Below, piece by piece: positions 51,396 through 61,987 of a stretch of DNA of 64,000 nucleotides. Numbering within the stretch: the first letter of the stretch is position 1; the number at the start of each line of letters is the position of its first letter. This DNA comes from Octopus bimaculoides. Lineage: Eukaryota. The stretch is from contig NC_068986.1 in assembly GCF_001194135.2 (NCBI RefSeq), positions 68,480,343-68,544,342 of the forward strand. The letters run 5' to 3'. The notes beneath the pieces are model-generated. The model saw only the letters and a program-made list of their open reading frames with translations, was not told the origin of the DNA and did no database searches. The translations under genes were made by a program, and so were the position numbers.

Positions 51396-54300
51396 TTGTG
51401 TCTGTGTTTGTCCCGCAACATCGCTTGACAACCGATGCTGGTGTGTTTATGTCCCCGTAACTTAGCGGTTCAGCAAAAGAGACTGATAGAACAAGTACTA
51501 GGCTTCCAAAGAATAAGTCTTGGGGTCGATTTGCTTGACTAAAGGCAGTGCTCCAGCATGGCCACAGTCAAATGACTGAAACAAGTAAAAGAGTATAACT
51601 TAGACGATAAGAATTAGATGTTTGCATTAACATTGTTTAGTGCTGCTTTAAAATTGATGTAGTAATTTTGTGTATTGGTTGTAAATAGTAACATGAATAC
51701 ATAGGATATGACCGATGGAGGCCTAAGAAGAAGAAGTAAGAATTATTGGATGTAATTAAGGTTATTTTGTTGACAGGATATATTTAATATTTCTTCATTT
51801 GTGGACATTTAGCAGATAGTGTTTTTTTTTTGTTTTTTTTTGTCTTGCTAAGTCTGGAAGCAGTGCCGTATCCATGGCCTTCAGAATTCCTCCCAAACCA
51901 ATGAGACTGATGTCATTAAAATTTTTCTTGAACCTTTGCAAGTCAGCCTGAGAAAGGAGCAAATTTCAGAGGGTTGACGTTTGGGGAATGAAGGACTAAG
52001 CATAGTGATTGGTGTTGGGGTTGGGCAGGTTGGAACAAAAAGTATCGTGTGAGGAAGAGGGGGTCAGAAATACCTGAGTGAAAGTGGTATGAGCCTGGCC
52101 AGCTCTGAAGAGCAGAACTCATTATAATAGCAGTAGAAAAGGTAAGAAAGAAAGAAAGAGAGAGAGAGAGATTTATGTGCTTGTGTTTTGAGGCTGAGTG
52201 TATTTATGAGTGGCTTTGTGACATTTTGCTGAGTGGCCCTTTTTCTAAATGCAATCTGGGGTCTCTTGCATGATGCAGTGGCACCTTCCAAAATGTAATT
52301 TATGCATTTTTTCCACAAAAATAAAAATAAACTTTAGGAGTACATAAATTACATGAGTAGATTGTTTCTGAATTTGTTTAGAAATTTTTTTTTGTTGCAA
52401 AAGACATACAAAATGTAAACATTTGTACCGGAAGTTGACTCAATTAATGTCAAAATAGGTTTTTACAGAAAAAATAAGAGCTTAAATATAATGAAGTTGA
52501 CTTTTATTTATGCTGGACAGTATAATGCTTGCTTTTTCTGTATAAATTTACTAAAACCATTAAATGGTTAACTACTTTTTGAAGTCTGACGTTCATGCTG
52601 GTAATCATGGTCTGGGCCATATTTTACTCGGTTGAGTAAAGTGTCATCCAAGCTGATGTTAATTGATTATTAAACTTAATTTGCAACACCTGTGCATATT
52701 TATCAGCTTTGGTTTTGTTGATAATTGTTTTCAACAACTTTTCTTGTGATCATGGTTTGAAAAGACATACAACAGTATGATAAAAATCAGACATTATCTC
52801 TTGTAGGCAAGAAATGTAAAATAAAGTTCATTATAAACAACACAAACACTTTGTAATTTAATAGCTTTTAATGTGATACCTGTTAAACAGAAATTATTTT
52901 TATTTAATGAAAATTTAATAAAATCTAATCATAAGTAAGTGAAATTATGCTAAATACAACAAAATTGAAAACCTTTTCTCCCTGCCATATTAGCAATTCT
53001 GAAAACTTTTGGGTGCAAATTTTACATGAGTAGCTTTTTATAACAATTTTTATCCTGAAAATCACCTGCATAAATTATACAGGTGCACAAATTACATGGG
53101 TTTTTATGGTAGTTATTTTTTATGAAAGAAATATAACTTTTATATGTAATTTTTAAGAGACAGTAGAATTTTTATTCAAAGTGATTTAATCTATAATTTC
53201 TGGAAAAAGAATATTTTAAATTTGAAAAGTAGTTTTTACAAATGAAATAAGTAAATAAGGAGTTTTTCATGTAGTCACTTTCTTAATCTTTTTTTTTATT
53301 TTTCAGTATTTTCCTATAAACATAAATTACAGAAGAATCTGCGAGATTCTTGTCTTCCAGAGTTTGAAAGAATGTGTTGGACGAAACTTTCTGAACGTCA
53401 AGCTCGAAGGAAAACTGAAACTAAAGCTATGGTCAGTGTTTTTTTTACATTATACTTCTATGAAATGTCTATAATTTTCTTAAAATTGAATGTGGCTGGA
53501 AAAGAGACAACTGTGAAGTTAACCTTTTTAGCTCTGCATGCAGGGAGATAACCAGAGTCTGTACCACAAAAATAAACACAAAAATGCAAGTTTCAAATAA
53601 AATGAAATTTATTGAAAGGTACTAAGCAGAAGCTTCTAGAAATTGATATTATCTGGAATTGGAAACCTGTCCATCTAATACAGATATTATATTTCTACTA
53701 CTGTCAGCTGACTGGGAATCATACACCTTCCTGTGAGATATATCGTTTTTATTTGCCACTTGGAATTTTTCATCTTCAATTGTCTCCAAGTTATTCCCAT
53801 TAATCTTTATCAGAATCTTCGAAATTTATAGTATCTCATTGGTTGTAAACTTAACCCTTTGAGTTTTGTTCCTAGAGTGTTTGGTTGCAGTGAGCATCAT
53901 AGTAAAGAAATTGGGAAAAAATATTTAAAACATCTAAACACATTATCTGCAAACAGACATCTTTAAACAGACCAATTCTGCATTGACGGTTTATTTTTAC
54001 TCCAACTGAATGATCTGTTTTTAGTTTGACTAGATTTTAAAATGGGGTTTACAAATTCCTGTTACACTGGGATTTTGGATGAGTGCCAAGTCTGACATTC
54101 TTAGTAAACTAAGAATACATTCTGATACAAATTGTCAATAGTAGTTCTTGTGTCATATCATTCATTGAGACAGTATTACATATTTGAAATTATTAATTAC
54201 ACCTACACCTATGATGACATGTAAAGACTTTTGAATTAAGTCTGATATCTTATAAAAATTGGCTTCACTGACCACAAAGAGATGAGTTTTGAACTGTTAA

Positions 54301-57300
54301 AACAAGAGATCAAAACACAAACTAAATACTGAAAAGTACATGGTTCAATAGCCCGTTTTTACCAATTTTTTACCAATTACTATAATACATTACTTTTATA
54401 TTATCTTTTGTTCCAAGTGTAATTTTATATTGAAAACATTTTAGTAGAATGTTTGGGGACTGAAATAGTTTACAATACTTTGTGTATGGCCTTTGATTTA
54501 ATCTTCATCTGATTTCTTTTCCATTATTTTCTCTAATATAAATATATCCTTCTTTTTAGGAAACAATTTTAGAGCAAAAAATACTGGATGGAGAAAATCT
54601 GGAAGATGGCTTTGAAATTGGTGCAGGTAATTTGATTCTCATAAATATGAGTTTTACTTGTGATATAATGTTGGTAGCAATGGTGCATCGCCGAGTGGTT
54701 TGGGTGTCGCACTTACAATCTCAAACCAGGTGATGTGTTGTATTCTTGATCAAAATACATCAGCTCGCATTGCTTTACAATCACTTTGACGTGTAACATA
54801 TAGAACACTGTGCACTTGTACAGGCAACGTTGATTTGATGGAAGGAGTGAGCATAGCATAAACATTTGATCACTATAAACAAATCATCTGTGCAGGTTGT
54901 TCAGCAAGAAATTACAGAGCTGTCTTTTTTTTGGACTTGAGATTACCATTAAAACTGCTCAGAGTATGAAGTGAGGGTGAACAGCTCAGAAAGGGTAACT
55001 GCTATTTGAGTGAGAAGTCTGGCAGTCAGGACATGTAATTGAAATTTTAACTCTAATAAGAACTGAAGGTTTAATATTAATGGAATATTGTTAATGATGG
55101 TATTACAAAAAGATATTTTTTTAATCTGCTTTGGTTTTGACATCTGGGAAATAACATCTATCCTGTTGGTTCTGAAATTATAAGAAACATCCTCACCTGA
55201 CTTTCTGACATTGTTCAGAATCTTGCCATTTGGAAGCAGCAACAAAGCATAACTTCAGGTGCATATTTTTGTATATGAGATTTTCCACTACTGCAATTTA
55301 TTTTTAAAAAATCATGTCTGAATAGGTTATCAATGTACTTGTGTGTTTGATCTGTGCTCTCAGAACTCACTATCTTTATTCAACATAAGTATGTATGATA
55401 TTGATACCTTGACTTGATTAGATGGAAATACCATATCTTTCTTACATATGTTGTAATTTTTGTGGACTAACTTAGTGAAATCTAGGTTTTGTTCCATTGC
55501 TTTTACATTTCTCTTTCTTTTCAGATTTGAATACAGCAAGTGGAGGTGATGATGATGATAATGATGACAACATTGTAGGGCCCGTCTTGAATCTTCAAGA
55601 TGACTTATTTGACATTGAAGATGATTCTCCTATTACTGGTTTGTTTTTACTTTAAGAACATAAAACCTTTACTGTAGTTTTGCTTTGATTATTTTGTATA
55701 ATTATTTAAAGTTGGCCTTTGACTAAATTGAATCATGTTTGATCTTAGTTTTCATCTGATTTATTCAATAAGCAACTGTGAAATTTTAACTTTGTTAGAT
55801 TTAAACTGAGAAATATTTTGAACCAAATGATAAGTATTTTACACTGAGAGTTTAAATAACTTGATTTAAGCTGTAAATCTAAACCCTTGAAATTGTCAAA
55901 TAGCAATAGATGAGAAATGGTTAGTTGTAATATTGATAGCTTTCCTACAGATATTTAATGGGTGGTGTGGTTCTTGTTTGAGGGATGTGTTTATAGTTGT
56001 ATGTTCTATCACAAATTACTTAACTATAAAGAGGCACCTATTGTGACAGTTGAATTGAGACAAAAAGAGTTATGTACCTTGTTTAGTGTTGTATAAATGA
56101 AACAGTTCTAAATAAGAGAAAGTTGTTAATTTAGCTGACTGTAAACTTACTGTCGCATTATCAGCTTACTACACCCGTTACAAAAGAAATGGTTATTTCC
56201 AATTGGCCTGGAAAAATGTTAGATAAAATTGGTTTCAATGGGATTGGGATTAAACAGAGAAGTTAGAAGGTAAATTTGTAGCACTTTGTTGGGTGCTCAA
56301 CTGTTTCACCAATGGTTAGGAATGGTAAGACATGAAATTTTCTCTTGGAACATATTTCTTTGTATCATGTAAAAGAAATAAGCTCTTCATTCTGATTCCT
56401 GTTTCACTTCAGTTATTGAACATCAAAGTTTCCCCATCTCTATAAATTCGAAACTTTGAATCACATGGGGCAATATTTTATGTGTCTGCAGTGGAACTCT
56501 TGGACAATTTTCTAACTTATTGCAGTAGTAAAATAACACTTATTGCAGTAGTAAAATAACACTTTTACTCAAACGAACTTGCTATTTTTCTTCTCTTTTC
56601 TTTTTTTTTCTTCTTTAAGAAGAATCCAAGCGTGGTGAACCTGTGAGCAGTTATGAGCATTTAGTCCAGAAACACATTGTAAGTATTAAATTTAACAGCT
56701 ATATTTTACATTTAAACCAAAAGGTTGTAAAAATGTGTTTAATTGATGAAAGACAAGAAGTGATTAAAAATGCTGGATTTGATTCAGGTGTAATCCTTGC
56801 CTTCTTGCAAAATAGGCAAAGACATGCTTTTAGGACTAGATATATGTCAGGTTCATAACTATTTAAGGCATTTTATTTAGTATTTTTCAGTTCATTTAAT
56901 TCTAAATACTTTAGCTCATCAAGCTATTTATTTTAGATTCTAGATCTTCTAAGAATGTTACCTATGATAGTTTGGCCTTATATTTTAATGCTATTGAATA
57001 CTAGACTAGGGTGGAGGCGCAATGGCCCAGTGGTTAGGGCAACGGACTCGCAGTCATAGGATCGCGGTTTCGATTCCCAGACCGGGCGTTGTGAGTGTTT
57101 ATTGAGCGAAAACACCTAAAGCTCCACAAGACTCTGGCAGGGGATGGAGGCGAACTCTGCTGTATTCTTTCACCACAACTTTCTCTCATTCTTACTTCCT
57201 GTTTCTGTTGTGCCTGTAATTCAAAGGGTCAGCCTTGTCACACTGTGTCACACTGAATATCCCCCGAGAACTACATTAAGGGTACACGTGTCTGTGGAGT

Positions 57301-60126
57301 GCTCAGCCACTTGCACGTTAATTTCACGAGCAGGCTATTTCGTTGATCGGATCAACTGGAACCCTCGACGTCGTAAGCGACGGAGTGCCAACAACAACTA
57401 GACTAGGAGCACTTAACTTCCACATTATATTTATTTTCTTACAAACTATTCTCATTATCATTGATATTCTAATTCCACTTTAAAGGAGATTAGTTGGCAA
57501 GAGAGAGAATTTTAAATAAAGACACCTGTTTTTGTCTTCTTTATTGTATTTTAACCTCTCATCACCTGGTATAAAGCCATTTCCATCAATACTACATAAA
57601 CCTCAGTTGGGAGGTCTTGTCATGTGAGTTTTCTGTTAACGTCCCTGGCACCAGTGTCACATAAAAAGCACCCAATACTCTGTGAAGTGGTTGGCACTAG
57701 AAAGGGCATCCAACCATAGAAACCATTGCAAAGCAGATATTGGAGCTTAGTGCAGTTTCTATAGCTTGTCGGCTCCTCTTGACCTGTCCCACCTGTACCA
57801 GCATGGAAAATGGATATTAAACAATGATGGTGATGAAAAATATGAATAAATATTGGTTTGTTTTTTCTTAATTTTTCCCCTTTGTTATAATTTTCAGGAA
57901 GATTTTTATATTGGAGCTCAAAAATATGCACAAGTTACCGAGCTATCAAAACGAATTGCAGAATGGGAAGAAAAAATCATTCCAAAACTCCAGGAAGAAG
58001 TAAGTTCTTATCTTATTTATGAAGAAATCTCTGTCAGTGTTTGATCATTTTGTAACAGCTATTATTTTACATGCCTCAGTAAATTAGTCAAAATATATAA
58101 TTCAATAAATCACTCCAGTTTAACATGTTAAATAGAATGTCTATTCAACATATGCTACAAATGATTGGAAATGCATTTTGAAAAATTCTTCGGAAGGGTT
58201 TTTTTAGCAAAAAGAATAAAATTTTAATGTTTGGTATTCTGTTACTTTTGCATGATTCAGTATTTAGTTGATATAATTAACTTCAATCTAATATTGGAGT
58301 AAAACTTCAAACTATGTAACAGTTAAACTTTTCAAATTTTTATTGGGTTTTTTTTTCCCTTTTTTCTCAGGAACAACATGGACCATTTGACATTCATGAG
58401 TATGGTACAACGATAATCAATTCTCTCCAATTAGGAAATAAATTTCCATTAGCCAAATTGATGAGTGGGAAACCGACATACGAAATTGGACGTCTGTTTT
58501 TATCAACATTGATGCTGGTGAGTGTGAATAAAACCTGTAATTACATTTCACCTAAATTTATTAAGCTTCAAACCTGAAATGATGTAACTTACTATTGTTT
58601 GGTGGTAGTAATTAGAATTAATTAGTTTTGAAAGTTATTATTTTTAGTATTTACAGTACTAATGGTATTAGATATGTCCATGTTGATATTATGATCATCA
58701 TTTAACATCTGTTTTCCTTGTGGGCATGGGTTGGACAATTTGACATGAGCTGGCAAGCCAGACAACTGCACCAGGCTTCACTGTCTGTTTTGGCATGGTT
58801 TTTATGGCTGGACGCTCTTCCTGATGCCAACCACCTTACAGAGTGGACTGAGTGAAATTATGAATCTTAAGAGTATAACTTCTTAAGTGGTTTGTTGGAG
58901 ATTTTCCTGCCACTAAAGTAATTTGTCAACAAAGATATGTATGTTTTGTTGATTTAAACATTAAAAAAAAAACTGCTTCTATAGTTGCCAGATTTGGTGC
59001 TTTAAATCATAAAGGATGTACAATTCATCATTAACAATACTGGTTTATTGTACATTACTTCTCTCTAATACATATACATGCACAATCATGTCATTTCTTA
59101 AAATCATTGGTCAATTTATAAGATTCTTGAGTTATTATGACACAACAGTATCCATCCAAGGGTAACACATCTTCAAAGTAAACTCTCACCAGCTACTTTC
59201 TCAGTTTCTTCTGATCTATTCCCTGTACACTACTGTGGACATGTGGTGGAAATTTGCCAAACTAGATTATATTTATAATTAAATACCTCTCAAGCAATGC
59301 AACAGACAACATGATCTTACAATTTAATGAACAAATTTGACAATGATATTGGAGGACATTAAAAGAAAAAAAATAAGACCTGGTATTTAAAATATTAATT
59401 TCTTTTGACTATGAACAAAACTGATGTAAAATTGGACAATGAATAATACTCCCTTTTCTAAGAATGTTAACAGTATATGTAAAGGGAAATTGAAACCAGA
59501 TTGCAGATTTGGTTTCATAGAAGCTTAACATCTGATAAACACCAACCATGTTGATCAAATATTGTAGAGTTTGTATGTTATGGGAACTGAGAGTACTAAA
59601 TTTTGAAGCTGAAATGTTTGTACTTATGTCTCCCTATGGCAACAAACCTATACTAATTTAAGAATTTTATTGAAAGGGAACAGCTGCTTTTGAAACTGCA
59701 AGCAGAGTTGAAATGTTCAGACCACTACCTGTTTCCTCAAACTATTTTCTGACCAAATAGTGTTCTCTTACTTAGATACAAGGCCCAAATATTGTATGGG
59801 GTTGAGGGACAAAGATCCTGGTGGATTTGAACTCAGAAGGACATAATTAAATATTTAAAAGATATTTGAGCTGCTGTCATGTACTTTTTGCTATCTTTTA
59901 TTTAAATGCTTCACTCTAAAATTTCCTTATCCACTTTATCTGAAACTTTTTTTGTGTGTCTCTTTAATTTAAAATAAAGGCCAACACTGGAAATGTGGAA
60001 CTTTCTTGTACTGGAGTTCTAGAAGATGCCATGGATAAAGCCGAAGTTACACTGATCCGGAGAAGCCAACATTTTGAAGAATTAGAACAATATGTTGCTC
60101 CATCATTGGTACATAAAGATAAATAG
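26393..60126 (+). CDS. NCAPH2: Condensin-2 complex subunit H2 (kleisin-beta, CAP-H2), full 18-exon CDS span, 603 aa
   Basis: Spliced translation starts [83 protein letters not shown], the hallmark CAP-H2 N-terminus. The C-terminus has [13 protein letters not shown]...[32 protein letters not shown]...[15 protein letters not shown]. All introns are GT-AG and phases are continuous; exon lengths sum to 1812 nt. Confidence 0.97.
28780..30650 (-). mobile_element. Degraded RTE-clade LINE, reverse transcriptase region
   Basis: Relic peptides [27 protein letters not shown] and [17 protein letters not shown]...[11 protein letters not shown] (YADD-like), with many stops. Confidence 0.88.
30665..30960 (+). 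mobile_element. tRNA-derived SINE family D
   Basis: tRNA-like head gcttagtggttagggtgttgcactc...gggttcgattccc; second copy near 54675-54915 shares gatttgatggaaggagt...aaacatttgatcactataaacaaatc. Confidence 0.75.
32218..32316 (+). CDS. NCAPH2: NCAPH2 coding exon 2 ([33 protein letters not shown])
   Basis: ttttcag acceptor, AAG|gtgagg donor, 99 nt, conserved [13 protein letters not shown] motif. Confidence 0.97.
33770..33825 (+). CDS. NCAPH2: NCAPH2 coding exon 3 ([18 protein letters not shown])
   Basis: tctcag acceptor, AG|gtaagt donor, 56 nt, conserved VEYLY motif. Confidence 0.96.
35100..35560 (-). mobile_element. Penelope-like retroelement GIY-YIG endonuclease remnant
   Basis: [18 protein letters not shown]...[15 protein letters not shown]...[11 protein letters not shown]...WKILAKC*...CGLCNMER...LNSRAEL..SCLH. 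Confidence 0.85.
35653..36520 (-). mobile_element. Tc1 (DD34E-type) transposon remnant with one TIR
   Basis: TA|CAGGGGTTGGGCAAAATAATGGAGACAC terminus; peptides [18 protein letters not shown]...[10 protein letters not shown] and [12 protein letters not shown]...[15 protein letters not shown]; internal deletion. Confidence 0.92.
36996..37074 (+). CDS. NCAPH2: NCAPH2 coding exon 4 ([27 protein letters not shown])
   Basis: ttctag acceptor, GAG|gtatgt donor, 79 nt, phase 2 to 0. Confidence 0.92.
38643..39210 (+). mobile_element. SINE family A spanning a gap, head-to-head with a minus copy at 38415-38600
   Basis: Family head and tail both recognisable. Confidence 0.8.
39995..40460 (+). mobile_element. 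SINE family A with gapped (TA)n centre
   Basis: Body and tail match other copies. Confidence 0.8.
42068..42163. mobile_element. Short MITE, pogo-like termini
   Basis: taccatatttccccggcatacaagtc vs ccaacttatatgccagaaaatatgat are imperfect inverted termini. Confidence 0.6.
42278..42337 (+). CDS. NCAPH2: NCAPH2 coding exon 5 ([20 protein letters not shown])
   Basis: cttcag acceptor, AAG|gtttgt donor, 60 nt; LxLDD motif as in the vertebrate FLSLDD. Confidence 0.92.
42756..42835 (+). CDS. NCAPH2: NCAPH2 coding exon 6 ([26 protein letters not shown])
   Basis: ttttaccag acceptor, AG|gttagt donor, 80 nt. Confidence 0.93.
43821..44170. mobile_element. Tc1-type terminal fragment
   Basis: TA|CAGTGCCTTGCGAAAGT is a characteristic Tc1 TIR start; the interior is not confirmed. 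Confidence 0.5.
44741..45136. repeat. Imperfect inverted repeat with about 170-bp arms (44741-44911 / 44964-45136)
   Basis: Manual reverse-complement alignment, e.g. gagagtcattatgccaatatta / taatattgacataatgactctc. Confidence 0.85.
45227..45366 (+). CDS. NCAPH2: NCAPH2 coding exon 7 ([47 protein letters not shown])
   Basis: ttccag acceptor, G|gtgagt donor, 140 nt; GExLxxRxDFRxN motif. Confidence 0.94.
45790..45955 (+). mobile_element. RTE LINE RT fragment
   Basis: [37 protein letters not shown]. Confidence 0.8.
46036..46188 (+). pseudogene. Partial duplicate of NCAPH2 exon 7 including its acceptor (pseudo-exon or poison exon)
   Basis: 153 nt matching 45195-45347 with 9 substitutions; acceptor AG at 46066-46067 is intact and the exon 7 donor is absent. 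Confidence 0.9.
46255..46382 (+). CDS. NCAPH2: NCAPH2 coding exon 8 ([43 protein letters not shown])
   Basis: tttttcattag acceptor, AAG|gtattg donor, 128 nt, phase 1 to 0. Confidence 0.88.
46497..46592 (+). CDS. NCAPH2: NCAPH2 coding exon 9 ([32 protein letters not shown])
   Basis: catag acceptor after a 114-nt intron, AAA|gtatgt donor, 96 nt. Confidence 0.88.
47652..47736. repeat. (CT)n microsatellite next to a gap
   Basis: Direct reading; other long microsatellites include (TA)n near 6703-6735, 10837-10874, 12350-12386, 34739-34803 and (TG)/(TA) 51289-51389. Confidence 0.97.
47950..48019 (+). CDS. NCAPH2: NCAPH2 coding exon 10 ([23 protein letters not shown])
   Basis: tttgctag acceptor, G|gtgagt donor; conserved DPWxxxDP...KPFKKG motif. 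Confidence 0.95.
50276..50407 (+). CDS. NCAPH2: NCAPH2 coding exon 11 ([44 protein letters not shown])
   Basis: ttgcag acceptor, T|gtaagt donor, 132 nt; basic KKRKK cluster. Confidence 0.93.
51127..51595 (+). mobile_element. SINE family A, well preserved, with expanded (TG)/(TA) centre
   Basis: Complete head, body and tail; 5' partial copy also near 63340-63530. Confidence 0.88.
51880..52320 (-). mobile_element. CR1/L2-clade LINE 3' remnant
   Basis: [21 protein letters not shown] resembles the SLFYRYY..CS.EL C-terminal motif; similar remnants near 7570-7900(-) and 8240-8400(+). Confidence 0.6.
53307..53431 (+). CDS. NCAPH2: NCAPH2 coding exon 12 ([42 protein letters not shown])
   Basis: Strong polypyrimidine tttcag acceptor, ATG|gtcagt donor, 125 nt. 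Confidence 0.9.
54560..54626 (+). CDS. NCAPH2: NCAPH2 coding exon 13 ([22 protein letters not shown])
   Basis: tttttag acceptor, CAG|gtaatt donor, 67 nt. Confidence 0.88.
55525..55638 (+). CDS. NCAPH2: NCAPH2 coding exon 14 ([38 protein letters not shown])
   Basis: ttttcag acceptor, G|gtttgt donor, 114 nt, acidic linker. Confidence 0.88.
56620..56678 (+). CDS. NCAPH2: NCAPH2 coding exon 15 ([20 protein letters not shown])
   Basis: Long pyrimidine tract then AAG/AAG tandem acceptor, ATT|gtaagt donor; conserved SYExLV motif. Confidence 0.92.
57011..57396 (+). mobile_element. Full-length tRNA-derived SINE family E with 11-bp TSD
   Basis: A-box ggcccagtggttaggg, B-box ggtttcgattccc, (CAA)n tail, TSD actagactagg at 57000-57010 and 57397-57407; degraded copy near 15690-15975. 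Confidence 0.92.
57898..57999 (+). CDS. NCAPH2: NCAPH2 coding exon 16 ([34 protein letters not shown])
   Basis: ttttcag acceptor, GAA|gtaagt donor, 102 nt. Confidence 0.96.
58371..58517 (+). CDS. NCAPH2: NCAPH2 coding exon 17 ([49 protein letters not shown])
   Basis: ttctcag acceptor, CTG|gtgagt donor, 147 nt; FDIHxYG and RxFLxxLxL of the kleisin C-terminal winged helix. Confidence 0.96.
59980..60126 (+). CDS. NCAPH2: NCAPH2 coding exon 18 ([48 protein letters not shown]-stop)
   Basis: AAAG acceptor at 59979, in frame to TAG 60124-60126; ANxxNV start and YxAPS end resemble the vertebrate C-terminus. Confidence 0.93.
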   Translation, partial: ANTGNVELSCTGVLEDAMDKAEVTLIRRSQHFEELEQYVAPSLVHKDK

Positions 60127-60594
60127 AGCCTATTTTATTAGTTAAGATGGATCGTTTTGTTTAACATGCGTTTTCCATGCTAGCATGGCTTCGCACGGAA
60201 GGAAGCTCAGCAGGACATTTATGACTGGATGCACTTCCTGTCACTAACCCTTACCTGTTTTTCAGGTACGGAATTTTTTTTTTATTCCAATGGAATTCGA
60301 AAATGCTGAGATAATGGACAATTTGTTCGCAGGAAATGTCAACAATATCACAGGTTGTCAAGAAGAAATGTTTCTACTGTAAAAATTCTGTACAATGTTC
60401 ATTTTTTTAAGTCTAGAAATTCGTGTATAAGTGACCTTAGCCTTTGTATATTAACAACGAAAATGTGGCTGCCTGCAAGATAAACCTTTAATTATGACAG
60501 GCTGTAGAAGCAGAGGTAATTTTGTATGCAGTCAATATTGTAAACTGGACTTCTGATGCAAATACAAGCATTCTTGCAGCACAAATTAATTATA

Positions 60595-60600
60595 AATAAA
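60595..60600 (+). terminator. Candidate polyadenylation signal of NCAPH2
   Basis: AATAAA about 470 nt after the stop; in AT-rich DNA, so weak evidence. Confidence 0.3.
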
Positions 60601-61039
60601 ATGAGAATGAAATAATTCAATCTTTATATTTTGTTTCAAATTTAGCTGATAAATATCTAAAACTTGAAATTTTTATTTTTAGAATTTATAAAATTCTTGT
60701 ATGTGTTGAGGTGATTATTTGTCCATGAGAATAATTACAAATTACAGCATATGGAGATTTAAACATAAATGTTAGTTTATTGAATCTTTTCTTCCTATTT
60801 TGCATATAACTTATATGTAGTTGCTATGGAGCAACACTTGGTTTTCTTGTTATGTATCTAGCATTCATTTAATTAGAATTGAAACAGATTACATTTGATT
60901 TCTTTTGAGGGAAGGCTTATGCTGGTTGAGTTATAAAGCACAATATCATCTCCAGACATGGCAAAGAAACTGAATGAGAAATGCAATCTAGTGTTTCACA
61001 ACTTCTAATGACTTTTTCTGACTGGTTAACTGCAGCAAG

Positions 61040-61260
61040 CCCACCCTGTTTCTGTTCTCATTTGTGATCACTCTCTCACCTGGTAACTGTATATTTTCTC
61101 TGCAGCAAGACACCTGTTTCTTCTCTCTCTCTGACCCATATATTTCCTCTACAACACACCTGTTTCTGCTCTCATTTTTGATTACTCTCTCTCTCTCTCT
61201 CTCGCTCTGACCAGGTAACCATATATTTCTTCTACAGCAAGACACCTGTTTCTGTCTATG
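61040..61260. repeat. Degenerate tandem repeat (cacctgtttct...tatattt...cagcaagac units)
   Basis: Two to three internally repeated CT-rich units upstream of a family C element. Confidence 0.65.
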
Positions 61261-61689
61261 TCACACTCTAACCTTTCATCATCTGGCACAAGATTACCTC
61301 CTCCAATGCCCCCTCCCTTCTCAATGGTTCTTTGATTTGCAAATTACTTGATGACTCTGCCAGTGCTGGTGCCATGTAAAAAACATCCAGTCCACACTGT
61401 AAAGTGGTTAGCATTTGGAAAGGCATCCAGCTGTAAAAACCATACCAAAACTGACCTCACCTGTGCTTGTGCTACGTAAAAAGCACTGAGTCCACTCTAC
61501 TGGGTGGTTGGTGTTTGGAAGGGTATCCAGCCATAAAAACCATTCTAAAACAAACACTGAAGTCTGGTGCAGTCTTTCTTTTAATGGTTTCAGACATCAG
61601 ACTATGACCATCAGTCATATCGATTCTACTACTTGTTTCAGTCTGATTCTTATTTTTCAATTTCTGAGAGTGTAACTGCTAGAATAAGA

Positions 61690-61987
61690 ATAGCCTGGGC
61701 AAAGTTCAGAGAGCTCCTACTCTGCTGGTGACAAAGAGCCTCTCCATCAGAGTAAAAGGTAAACTGTATGACATATGTGTGTGAACAGCCATGCTACATG
61801 GCAGTGAAACATGGGCCATGACTACTGAGGATACGTGTAAGCTTGCAAGAAATGAAGCTAGTATGCCCCGCTGGATGTGTAATGTCGGTGTGCATACACG
61901 ACAGAGTGTAAGCACCCTGAGAGAAAAGTTGGACATAAAAAAACATCAGACGTGGTGTGCAAGAGAGATGACTGCACTGGTATGGTC
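61690..61987 (+). mobile_element. RTE LINE fragment, post-RT region
   Basis: [33 protein letters not shown]...LREKLDI and LHWYGH. Confidence 0.88.

Noticed and set aside
57011-57085. tRNA-like sequence (also 30665-30730, 54680-54740)
   Set aside because: It continues directly into a SINE body and has a TSD; not a tRNA gene
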